From Geobacteraceae bacterium (GTDB lineage Bacteria > Desulfobacterota > Desulfuromonadia > Geobacterales > Geobacteraceae): DNA of 41,196 nt. This document shows positions 34,173-41,196 of the stretch, piece after piece (positions within the stretch are counted from its first letter, which is position 1; every line of letters starts with the position of its first letter). The stretch lies in contig JBAQKZ010000004.1 in assembly GCA_049301475.1 (NCBI GenBank), forward strand, positions 1 to 41,196, written 5' to 3'. Both the position numbers and the translations under genes were made by a program. The notes under the pieces are model-generated. The model was not told the origin of the DNA and made no database searches. It saw only the letters and a program-made list of their open reading frames with translations.

Positions 34173-35918
34173 ATGAAGAAAATCATTTCCGGAAACGAAG
34201 CAATCGCTCTGAGCTTTTTGGATTCAGGCGGTGTATTCGCCTCCGGTTATCCCGGAACGCCCGGCACCGAAGTCCTGGAAGAGGTGGCCCGCCTCGGCGG
34301 CGCATGCTGCGAATGGGCGCCCAACGAAAAGGTTGCACTGGAATCTGCCATCGGCGCTTCCATCGCCGGCGGAAGGGCTATGGCAGCCATGAAGCACGTC
34401 GGCGTGAACGTGGCCGCCGATCCGCTCATGACCATAGCTTACATCGGCGTCAACGCCGGCCTTATTCTCATGGTAGCCGACGACCCAGGTATGCATTCGT
34501 CCCAGAACGAGCAGGACAGCCGCAATTACGCCAAGTTCGCAAAAATTCCGATGCTCGACCCTGCCGACTCTCAGGAAGCCTACGACTTCGTCCGTGCCGG
34601 GTTCGATATCTCCGAGCAGTTCGACACGCCGGTAATGCTTCGCACCACGACCCGCATCTCCCATGCGAATGGGGTCGCCGAACAGAGGGAGAAAATCCGA
34701 CCGCGGGTTGGCAAGTGGGTCAAGGACGTGCCCAAATACGTCATGCTCCCCAGTTTCGGCAAGATCAAGCATCTTGAAATTGAAGAGCGCCTCCTGCGGC
34801 TTCGTGAGTTCGCCGAAATCACACCACTTAACCGGGTAGAAATGGGGGATACCGGCCTCGGTATCATCACCTCCGGCGTCTCCTATCAGCACGTAAGAGA
34901 AGCATATCCCGACGCCTCAATACTCAAACTCGGGCTGATCCACCCGCTCCCTGAAAAGATGATCCGTAAGTTCGCGGTCAAGGTCGGGCGCTTAATGGTA
35001 GTCGAGGAGCTTGACGCCATTTTTGAGGAACAGATACGCGCCATGGGAATCCGTGTTAATATCGGCAAGGAGAGGATTCCACTCTGTGGCGAGATCAGCG
35101 CTGACATCATCCGGGCCGCTACGGGAGACGCAAGGACGTCAGAGAGCGTCGCTCCCGTTGCGGGCCTCCCTGAGCGCCTCCCCACCTTATGCCCCGGCTG
35201 CGCCCATCGCGGGATATTCTCCGTACTAAGCAAGCTCAAGCTCTTTGTCTCCGGCGACATCGGCTGCTACACCCTGGGCGCCCTTCCCCCGATGAGCGCC
35301 ATCCATTTCTGCATCTGCATGGGGGCCAGCATCAGCGCCGCCCACGGGATGGCCAAGGTCAACGAAATCGCTGGAGGGCGGGAAAAACCTGTCGCCATAA
35401 TCGGTGACTCCACCTTCTTCCATTCAGGGATCACGGGGCTTTTGGGCATGGCCTACAACAGCGGCAACGCTCTGGTCATAATCATGGACAACCGCACCAC
35501 CGGAATGACCGGCGGGCAGGAGAACCCCGGTTCCGGGCGGCTCCTTTCGGGTGAGCCCTCCCGGCAAATTGACATTATGGCGCTCGTTAAAGCGCTCGGC
35601 ATCGAGAACGTCGTTGAAATAAACTCCTACAACCTTAAGGAAACCGAGGCCGCCGTCAAGAAGGGCCTTGAGACCGTCGGTCCCTACGTTCTTATTGACA
35701 AAAATCCCTGCGTTCTCCGCTACCGGTTGAAGCGCCCGGTTATGACCGTAGATCAGGACAAATGCACGGGTTGCAGTGCGTGCCTGACGGTCGCGTGCGT
35801 GCCATTGGGACTGACTTCCTCCGGCGGCAGTCCGAAAGTCAGTGTCGATCCCAATATCTGCAACGGCTGCGGTGTCTGCACACAACTCTGCAAATTCAAC
35901 GCGATGTCCAAGGTTTGA
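34173..35918 (+). CDS. iorA: Indolepyruvate ferredoxin oxidoreductase subunit alpha
   Basis: 581 aa with a TPP-binding region (GDSTFFHSG) and a C-terminal 2x[4Fe-4S] motif (CTGCSAC...CNGCGVCTQLC). Confidence 0.9.
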   Translation: MKKIISGNEAIALSFLDSGGVFASGYPGTPGTEVLEEVARLGGACCEWAPNEKVALESAIGASIAGGRAMAAMKHVGVNVAADPLMTIAYIGVNAGLILMVADDPGMHSSQNEQDSRNYAKFAKIPMLDPADSQEAYDFVRAGFDISEQFDTPVMLRTTTRISHANGVAEQREKIRPRVGKWVKDVPKYVMLPSFGKIKHLEIEERLLRLREFAEITPLNRVEMGDTGLGIITSGVSYQHVREAYPDASILKLGLIHPLPEKMIRKFAVKVGRLMVVEELDAIFEEQIRAMGIRVNIGKERIPLCGEISADIIRAATGDARTSESVAPVAGLPERLPTLCPGCAHRGIFSVLSKLKLFVSGDIGCYTLGALPPMSAIHFCICMGASISAAHGMAKVNEIAGGREKPVAIIGDSTFFHSGITGLLGMAYNSGNALVIIMDNRTTGMTGGQENPGSGRLLSGEPSRQIDIMALVKALGIENVVEINSYNLKETEAAVKKGLETVGPYVLIDKNPCVLRYRLKRPVMTVDQDKCTGCSACLTVACVPLGLTSSGGSPKVSVDPNICNGCGVCTQLCKFNAMSKV

Positions 35919-35921
35919 GGA

Positions 35922-36509
35922 TTGGATAAAATGATGGAAGTCTTCAATATCGTTATTGCCGGAGTCGGCGGACAGGGAGTGCTGACAGCTTCCAGGGTGC
36001 TCGCCGAAAGTGCCCTCGCCGGTGGGATGGATGCAAAGCAGACCGAAGTCCACGGCATGGCGCAGCGGGGAGAGAGCGTCATCTCATTCGTAAGGATCGG
36101 GGAGAAAGTTTACTCCCCGCTTATCACGCCCGGCAACGCAGACATTCTTATTGCATTTGAGCCGCTGGAGGCCTTGAGATACATCCATTATCTAAAGGCC
36201 GGTGGAATGCTTGTCTACAACAAGGTACCCATAAACCCGAGCACCGTAGCCTCCGGCCTGGCCGTATATCCCCCCGATGTCGAGGCCCGGATCGCCTCTC
36301 TCTGCGCCAACTCCCGAGGCATCGATGCGCTCTCCATCGCCCGGAAAGTCGGCGACACCAAGGCCGTCAACATGGTTATGGTAGGCTCCGTCATGAAGCG
36401 TCTCCCCTTCTCCCACTGCTTCATAGAGGGGGTAGTCAAGGCGCTATTCAGCAATAAGAGAGCCGAAGTCAATCTAAAGGCCCTCGCTGCTGGCGCTGTC
36501 GGTGTCTGA
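35922..36509 (+). CDS. iorB: Indolepyruvate ferredoxin oxidoreductase subunit beta
   Basis: 195 aa with the motifs GVGGQGVLTAS and HGMAQRGE, typical of the POR gamma/IorB family. It starts 3 nt after iorA ends. Confidence 0.9.
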   Translation: MDKMMEVFNIVIAGVGGQGVLTASRVLAESALAGGMDAKQTEVHGMAQRGESVISFVRIGEKVYSPLITPGNADILIAFEPLEALRYIHYLKAGGMLVYNKVPINPSTVASGLAVYPPDVEARIASLCANSRGIDALSIARKVGDTKAVNMVMVGSVMKRLPFSHCFIEGVVKALFSNKRAEVNLKALAAGAVGV

Positions 36510-36604
36510 TCTTTTCAAAAAGGGGACATTTTCAAAAAGCAACAAAAAGGCAACAAAAAGGGGACAGATTTATTTTAGGCGTTGTCAATAGGGAAAACGA
36601 AAGG

Positions 36605-36901
36605 ATGGCCATGTCAGAAATAACCGTAGTGGCAAAGGTCGTAGCGAAAAAGGAATCCGTGGAGAGCGTCAAGAACGAACTGTTGAAGCTCATCGCACCG
36701 ACCAGGAAAGAGGACGGGTGCATCGATTACTGTCTGCACCAGGACAATGACAATCCTGCCGTATTCATCTTCCATGAGAACTGGAAGAGCGAGAAGTGCC
36801 TGGCCAGGCATATGGATAGCGATCATTTCAAAAACTACGTCAGAGCTGTTGACGGCATGATTGAAGCGATGGCCGTTAACAAAATGACCCGGATCGAATA
36901 A
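36605..36901 (+). CDS. ABM-domain (antibiotic biosynthesis monooxygenase / quinol monooxygenase-like) protein
   Basis: 98 aa with an EPGC-like motif (EDGCIDY), FHENW and HMDSDHF, typical of YgiN-like proteins. Confidence 0.8.
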   Translation: MAMSEITVVAKVVAKKESVESVKNELLKLIAPTRKEDGCIDYCLHQDNDNPAVFIFHENWKSEKCLARHMDSDHFKNYVRAVDGMIEAMAVNKMTRIE

Positions 36902-36909
36902 GGAATACA

Positions 36910-37467
36910 TTGAAAAGGGATACGTTGTCAATTTTGCGTAAGCTACTACTGCTCTCTCTGATACTTCTTGGCCTGGCTGGATGCAGCACGAAAGATTGGC
37001 GCACGGCAAGCCGCGAACCGGCCGGAATTGCCCCTAACCCCGCAACGAGCAAAGAGGCCGTGCTTCAAATATACGGGGCTCCTGCCTGGGGGTGGCGCGG
37101 CTGGTTCGCCATACATACCTGGATTGCTGCCAAAAAGACCAACGAGGCGTCCTATACGGTCTACGAAGTCACCGGCTGGCGGCAACGGCGTGGCTTGCCG
37201 GTCGTGCGGATAGAGAAAGACCTGCCCGACCGCTACTGGTATGGGGAGCGCCCCAGGCTGTTCAAGGATTTCCGAGGGGTAGGGGTGGACAAGCTGATCG
37301 CTGCTGTTGACCAAGCCGCGAGAAGCTATCCTTGGCCCGGCACCTACAATGCCTTCCCAGGCCCAAACAGCAACACTTTCACCGCCTGGATATCCATACA
37401 TGTTCCCGAACTCGCTTTGGAGCTTCCTTTCTCAGCCATTGGAAGTGGATATGCGGGTAAACGATGA
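36910..37467 (+). CDS. DUF3750-family lipoprotein
   Basis: 185 aa with a TTG start, a lipobox LAGC, and the motifs HTWIAAK and PGPNSNTFTAWI. Confidence 0.75.
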   Translation: MKRDTLSILRKLLLLSLILLGLAGCSTKDWRTASREPAGIAPNPATSKEAVLQIYGAPAWGWRGWFAIHTWIAAKKTNEASYTVYEVTGWRQRRGLPVVRIEKDLPDRYWYGERPRLFKDFRGVGVDKLIAAVDQAARSYPWPGTYNAFPGPNSNTFTAWISIHVPELALELPFSAIGSGYAGKR

Positions 37468-37520
37468 GGATGGCGACGGATGAAAAACCCGGAAAAGCCT
37501 AAGTCCCCCTACTACACACC

Positions 37521-37649
37521 TTATACCAATTCCAAATCAAAGCGCCTTCTTCGTTGGCTCGTCTTCGGCTCCTCAACATACTGGTTGTATGCCTTCGTCG
37601 CCTCAATCCTCGCCGCCTTGACTGCATCTTTGATTTGAAATTGGTATTA
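37521..37649. mobile_element. Full-length MITE copy (orientation A), core 37524-37646 flanked by TTA/TTA
   Basis: Its reverse complement differs from the 12014-12136 copy at 2 positions. TTA flanks it directly on both sides. Confidence 0.8.
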
Positions 37650-37858
37650 TATATGCCTCGTCAACAGCGCGCCTCCTTTCTTCATCACTGTTTCATGATG
37701 GTCTCCTTTTGATATGTGTGAGTGGTTAATTCCTTGCAACAGATTGAATCTACGAAAAAATTTAGCACAAAGCCGTTATTGTGACAAGATAAATAATACG
37801 TTTAATACTGCTCCGACATTTCAATTCCCAGCACCCACCCAGGAATTCCGGCGGTGGA

Positions 37859-39013
37859 TTATCCTATTCTACGCAACCCGTCGGCAATGCGTATCGTTGC
37901 GCCGCGCCATGTGGGGAATATCCCTGCCACCGTTCCGATCAGTGCAGCAGCAGCCAGGTCCAGATAGATGGTAAGCGGGGAGACGGTAAAGGCGGGAAAG
38001 AACTGGGCGAGTTCGATTTCTATCCAGTGGGCCGCCGGGAAGGTGAGCAGCACCCCTGCAATGCCGCCGATCATCGTGATGACGAGCGATTCGCCGAAAA
38101 CGATTGCGGCGATATGGCAGGCACCGAAACCGAGGGTCTTCATGGTGGCGTACTCAGCGATCCGCTCTCTGGCGGTCATCGCCATGGTATTGGCCGACAC
38201 CACCATTATGATGATAATTACCACGTAAGAGACAATCTGTATCGCAACCATGATCGCCTCTGTCATAGAGACGAAGCCCATCTGAAAGGCCTTTTCCGTC
38301 TCTGTCAATGTTTCGGCAAGGGAGTTCCTGAAGGTTGTGTCCACGGCTGCCGACACTTCGGCAGCCAGTTCGGGCCGGGTCACTCCGATCACGTAGAATC
38401 CTGCCTGGTCGGCCCTGCGAGCGGTGGCCCGCCGCACTGTTTCGTTCAGGTAATCCCAGTGGAACAACAGGACTCGCTCTTCCGTGCTTTTTTCAGCTCC
38501 ACGGTAGACGCCGCGCAGCACGAACTCCCACTGTCCAGGAAAAATCGTCCCCCGTAACGTGATCTGGTCCCCCGTCTTCCAGCCGTACTTGTCCGCAAGC
38601 TTCTTGCCGACTATGCACCCCTTCCGGTCAAGAAGGAAGGCCGTCTTCTGCTCCGGGGCAAGGAGGAACTCCGGGTAGAGTTCCAGATAGCTCTTGGGCT
38701 CCACGGCATAATTGGCAAAAAAATTCTTTTCGTTGATGTAAATGCCGCCGAACCAGTTTCCCCACGAAACCCCTTTAACGCCTGGTATCTGGCGAATCCT
38801 GTCCTTGTAGGAGATGGGGAGAGAAAAAATCAGTGATATTGAATTGCGTGTGACCAGGCGGGTGGCGGAGGAGTGTTCAACCCCAAAGTACCAGAGTCCT
38901 ACCAGTGTACGGAGGAGACCGAAGGCGAGAATAGCTATGGCGACGCCTGCGACCGTCAACGCCGAGCGGAGTTTGTGGCGAAAGGCGTTTCTGATGATGA
39001 GTCGTATGAACAT
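37859..39013 (-). CDS. ABC transporter permease, FtsX/MacB type
   Basis: 384 aa with the same architecture as 9087-10250. Confidence 0.9.
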   Translation of the reverse strand: MFIRLIIRNAFRHKLRSALTVAGVAIAILAFGLLRTLVGLWYFGVEHSSATRLVTRNSISLIFSLPISYKDRIRQIPGVKGVSWGNWFGGIYINEKNFFANYAVEPKSYLELYPEFLLAPEQKTAFLLDRKGCIVGKKLADKYGWKTGDQITLRGTIFPGQWEFVLRGVYRGAEKSTEERVLLFHWDYLNETVRRATARRADQAGFYVIGVTRPELAAEVSAAVDTTFRNSLAETLTETEKAFQMGFVSMTEAIMVAIQIVSYVVIIIIMVVSANTMAMTARERIAEYATMKTLGFGACHIAAIVFGESLVITMIGGIAGVLLTFPAAHWIEIELAQFFPAFTVSPLTIYLDLAAAALIGTVAGIFPTWRGATIRIADGLRRIG

Positions 39014-39020
39014 GTTGCAC

Positions 39021-39707
39021 CTAGGCTGTTAAGACCCCTTTGTCCAACTGCCTGATAAGGTGCGCCCTTTCGGCTGCCCGCGCGTCATGGGTTACCATGA
39101 TGATGGTCTTGCCGAACTCATCCACGAGGCGCGCCATGAGTTGCAGGATATCCGCAGCGGAAACCCGGTCCAGATCGCCGGTCGGCTCGTCCGCCACCAG
39201 GATTGCCGGGTCGGTCACAACCGCCCGGGCGATGGCCACTCGCTGCTGCTGTCCGCCGGAAAGCTGTGAGGGATAATGTTCCATCCTGTCTGCCAGACTG
39301 ACCAGTTCAAGGGCCAACTCCACGTGCTCGCGCCGCTCCTTGCGGGAGAGGCCGGTCAAAAGGAGAGGAAGCTCCACGTTTTCATGGGCGGTCAGGACCG
39401 GGATGAGGTTGTAGAACTGAAAAATGAAGCCGACATTTGCGGCTCGCCACGTAGTGATATCCGCGTCGCTCATGGCGGTGATATCCAGACCTCTCACCCG
39501 GACGGCTCCTGAGTCCGCCTGGTCAAGCCCAGCGATCAGGTTTAGGAGCGTGCTTTTCCCTGACCCCGACGGTCCCATAAGCGCAAGAAACTCTCCATCG
39601 GCGATATCCAGGTTTATATCCTGGAGCACAGGGATGATCTGGGAGCCACGCCGGTAGGACTTGGAGAGATTTTTTATTTCGACTATGGGAGGTTTATTGT
39701 TATTCAT
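39021..39707 (-). CDS. ABC transporter ATP-binding protein (MacB/LolD-like)
   Basis: Walker A GPSGSGKST, signature LSGGQQQR and Walker B LVADEPT. Confidence 0.95.
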   Translation of the reverse strand: MNNNKPPIVEIKNLSKSYRRGSQIIPVLQDINLDIADGEFLALMGPSGSGKSTLLNLIAGLDQADSGAVRVRGLDITAMSDADITTWRAANVGFIFQFYNLIPVLTAHENVELPLLLTGLSRKERREHVELALELVSLADRMEHYPSQLSGGQQQRVAIARAVVTDPAILVADEPTGDLDRVSAADILQLMARLVDEFGKTIIMVTHDARAAERAHLIRQLDKGVLTA

Positions 39708-39717
39708 TTAGGTACTG

Positions 39718-39971
39718 TAATACCAATTCCAAATCAAGGTGCTGTATTCGTTGGCAGGTCTTATACCAATTTCAAATCAAAGATGCAGTCAAGGCGGCGA
39801 GGATTGAGGCGACGAAGGCATACAGCCAGTATGTTGAGGAGCCGAAGACGACCCAACGAAGAGGGCGCTTTGATCTGGAATTGGTATTAGGCTCCTCAAC
39901 GTACGTGGTTGTACGCCTTCGTCGCATCTTCCTCGCCCTGAGTCACTCATTTTGATTGCAACCTGATATGA
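39718..39971. mobile_element. Older, diverged MITE copy (orientation A) split by a nested insertion
   Basis: The left part (39721-39760) and the right part (39890-39968) together align with the consensus. The terminal repeat on the right is degenerate. Confidence 0.7.
39761..39889. mobile_element. Young full-length MITE copy (orientation B) nested in the older copy, core 39764-39886 flanked by TTA/TTA
   Basis: It differs at 3 positions from the 12014-12136 copy. Removing the core plus one TTA restores GTCTTAGGCTCC, against the consensus GTCTTCGGCTCC. Confidence 0.8.
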
Positions 39972-40000
39972 GGCCTTGAACTGAAAACCGTCAGCCGATT

Positions 40001-41196
40001 TTATTTCCCCAACAGTTTCCTGATTCTGGCAACCGCTTCCAGGGCATCTTTGGCATAGAGGTCGGCGCCGATCTCGTCGGCGTACTCCTGGGTCACCACC
40101 GCACCTCCCACCATGGTGAAGCTCTTGATCCCCCGCTCCTTAAGCAGGGCAATGACGTTTTGCATCTCGGACATGGTGGTGGTCATCAGCGCCGAAAGCC
40201 CGACGGCATCCACCTGGCGCTCCAGGGCAGCCGTAATGATCCGCTCGGCCGGGACGTTCTTCCCAAGGTCGATCACCTCGAAGCCGTGGTTTTCCAAGAG
40301 GATACAGACGATGTTCTTGCCGATATCGTGGATGTCCCCCTCTACAGTGGCCATCAGTATCTTTCCGAGGCTTGCCGGGGCTTTCCCTTTCATTTCCGTC
40401 TTCAGGCGGGCAAAGGCCGTCTGCATGGTTTCCGCCGAGAGCATAAGCTGGGGGAGGAAGATGATGTTCTTCTCGAAGCGCCTTCCTACCTCTTCAAGAC
40501 CCGGCAACAGCCCCTCGTTGCTTATCTGAAGCGGAGAGAAGCCATCAGCCAGAGACTCCTCCACAAACTTAAGTGCATTATCAGGGTCTCCGTCAATGAC
40601 CGCGCGCCCGACGCGGCTAAGCACGTCCTGCGGCTGGTCCGCAACCGGAACGGGGGTCGATTGCGATACAGTTTCCTTATATGCCCCAATATAAGCGGAC
40701 GCCCGCGGGTCCCGGTCAAGAAGGACCATTGCCGAGCGCCAGGCATCCATCATCGGCTGCTCCTTGGGGTTGATGATCGCCGCATCGAGACCGGCGGCCA
40801 TGGCCATGGCGAAAAAACTCGCGGAGATGACCGGCCGACAAGGAAGCCCGAAGGAAATATTGCTGACTCCGAGGGCCGTATTTAGGCCGAGTTGCTCCTT
40901 CACCATCCGCACGGCCTTGACGGTCTCCATGGCCCGCTTCTGTTCGGCGCTTACCGTCAGGGTAAGGCAGTCGATCACTACGTTTTCCGCTGCTATCCCT
41001 GCCTGAAGCGCGGCGGCCAGTATCTTGCCGGCCACATCCAGCCGACCTGCGGCGGTTTCCGGAATGCCGGTCTCGTCCAGAGTCAGGCCGATGACCGCCG
41101 CCCCATACTTTTTTACCAGCGGCAGCACCCTGGCCATGCTCTTCGCCTCGCCGCTCACCGAGTTGACCAGCGCCTTGCCGTCAGCCGCCTTAAGCC
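40001..41196 (-). CDS. metH: Cobalamin-dependent methionine synthase, C-terminal part (pterin-binding, B12 cap and B12-binding domains); 5' end lies beyond the window
   Basis: The frame stays open to the window edge. It carries the B12 motifs GDIHDIGKN, SALMTTT and GGA. The protein ends after the B12 domain, with no AdoMet reactivation domain. Confidence 0.88.
   Translation of the reverse strand, partial: LKAADGKALVNSVSGEAKSMARVLPLVKKYGAAVIGLTLDETGIPETAAGRLDVAGKILAAALQAGIAAENVVIDCLTLTVSAEQKRAMETVKAVRMVKEQLGLNTALGVSNISFGLPCRPVISASFFAMAMAAGLDAAIINPKEQPMMDAWRSAMVLLDRDPRASAYIGAYKETVSQSTPVPVADQPQDVLSRVGRAVIDGDPDNALKFVEESLADGFSPLQISNEGLLPGLEEVGRRFEKNIIFLPQLMLSAETMQTAFARLKTEMKGKAPASLGKILMATVEGDIHDIGKNIVCILLENHGFEVIDLGKNVPAERIITAALERQVDAVGLSALMTTTMSEMQNVIALLKERGIKSFTMVGGAVVTQEYADEIGADLYAKDALEAVARIRKLLGK

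Noticed and set aside
36511-36580. Short direct repeats (CAAAAAG...), considered as a possible CRISPR-like or tandem array.
   Set aside because: The repeats are 7-13 bp with 10-17 bp spacing, far too short and irregular for CRISPR. No cas genes are present. They are interpreted instead as phased A-tracts.
40001-41196. Absence of the AdoMet reactivation domain at the MetH C-terminus, considered as a possible truncation.
   Set aside because: The ORF ends cleanly after a complete B12-binding domain. Short MetH forms without the activation domain are, to my knowledge, known in anaerobes, so this is not treated as a pseudogene.

Overview
This 41.2-kb window looks like chromosomal DNA from a Geobacter-like (Desulfuromonadales) bacterium; that assignment is inferred from gene content, about 55-60% GC and the repeat types. 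Nearly all of it is coding.

Layout, left to right:
- **183-1220:** a DMT/EamA transporter with a histidine-rich tail.
- **1306-1921:** a truncated IS1595 transposase fused to a MITE fragment.
- **2106-10914:** an eight-gene, co-directional putative metal-export block. It holds a small Cys/His-rich exported protein, czcCBA-type HME-RND efflux genes, a PII-like protein, a small membrane-anchored OB-fold-like protein and a MacB/FtsX-type ABC pair.
- **11011-12668:** a decayed ArsR gene, a SAM methyltransferase, a CGGC-domain protein and a J-domain mini-ORF.
- **12718-20444:** a complete Pho regulon block (phoB, phoR, psiE, pstSCAB, phoU).
- **20538-23014 (minus strand):** RNase P RNA, a COG1579 zinc-ribbon gene, nif3 and a tRNA(CAU).
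- **23172-24104:** terC.
- **24128-31393 (minus strand):** CNNM/CorC, a TgpA-like transglutaminase, DUF58, MoxR and a PocR-GAF-GGDEF protein whose active site is degenerate.
- **31902-32162:** a candidate promoter-to-terminator small RNA with 6S-like architecture.
- **32503-37467:** a GDT1/UPF0016 transporter, TonB, iorAB, an ABM monooxygenase and DUF3750.
- **37859-39707:** a second MacB-type ABC pair.
- **40001-41196:** the 3' part of metH, running off the window edge.

The signals that gene calls do not explain are:
- a 123-bp MITE-like element family (six copies or fragments, 3-bp TNA duplications, one copy nested inside another);
- a 130-bp palindrome between pstB and phoU;
- GC-content mosaicism inside the czc operon;
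- a DUF58 gene that has no canonical start codon for its conserved N-terminus.

No CRISPR array, rRNA or recognisable defence system was seen.
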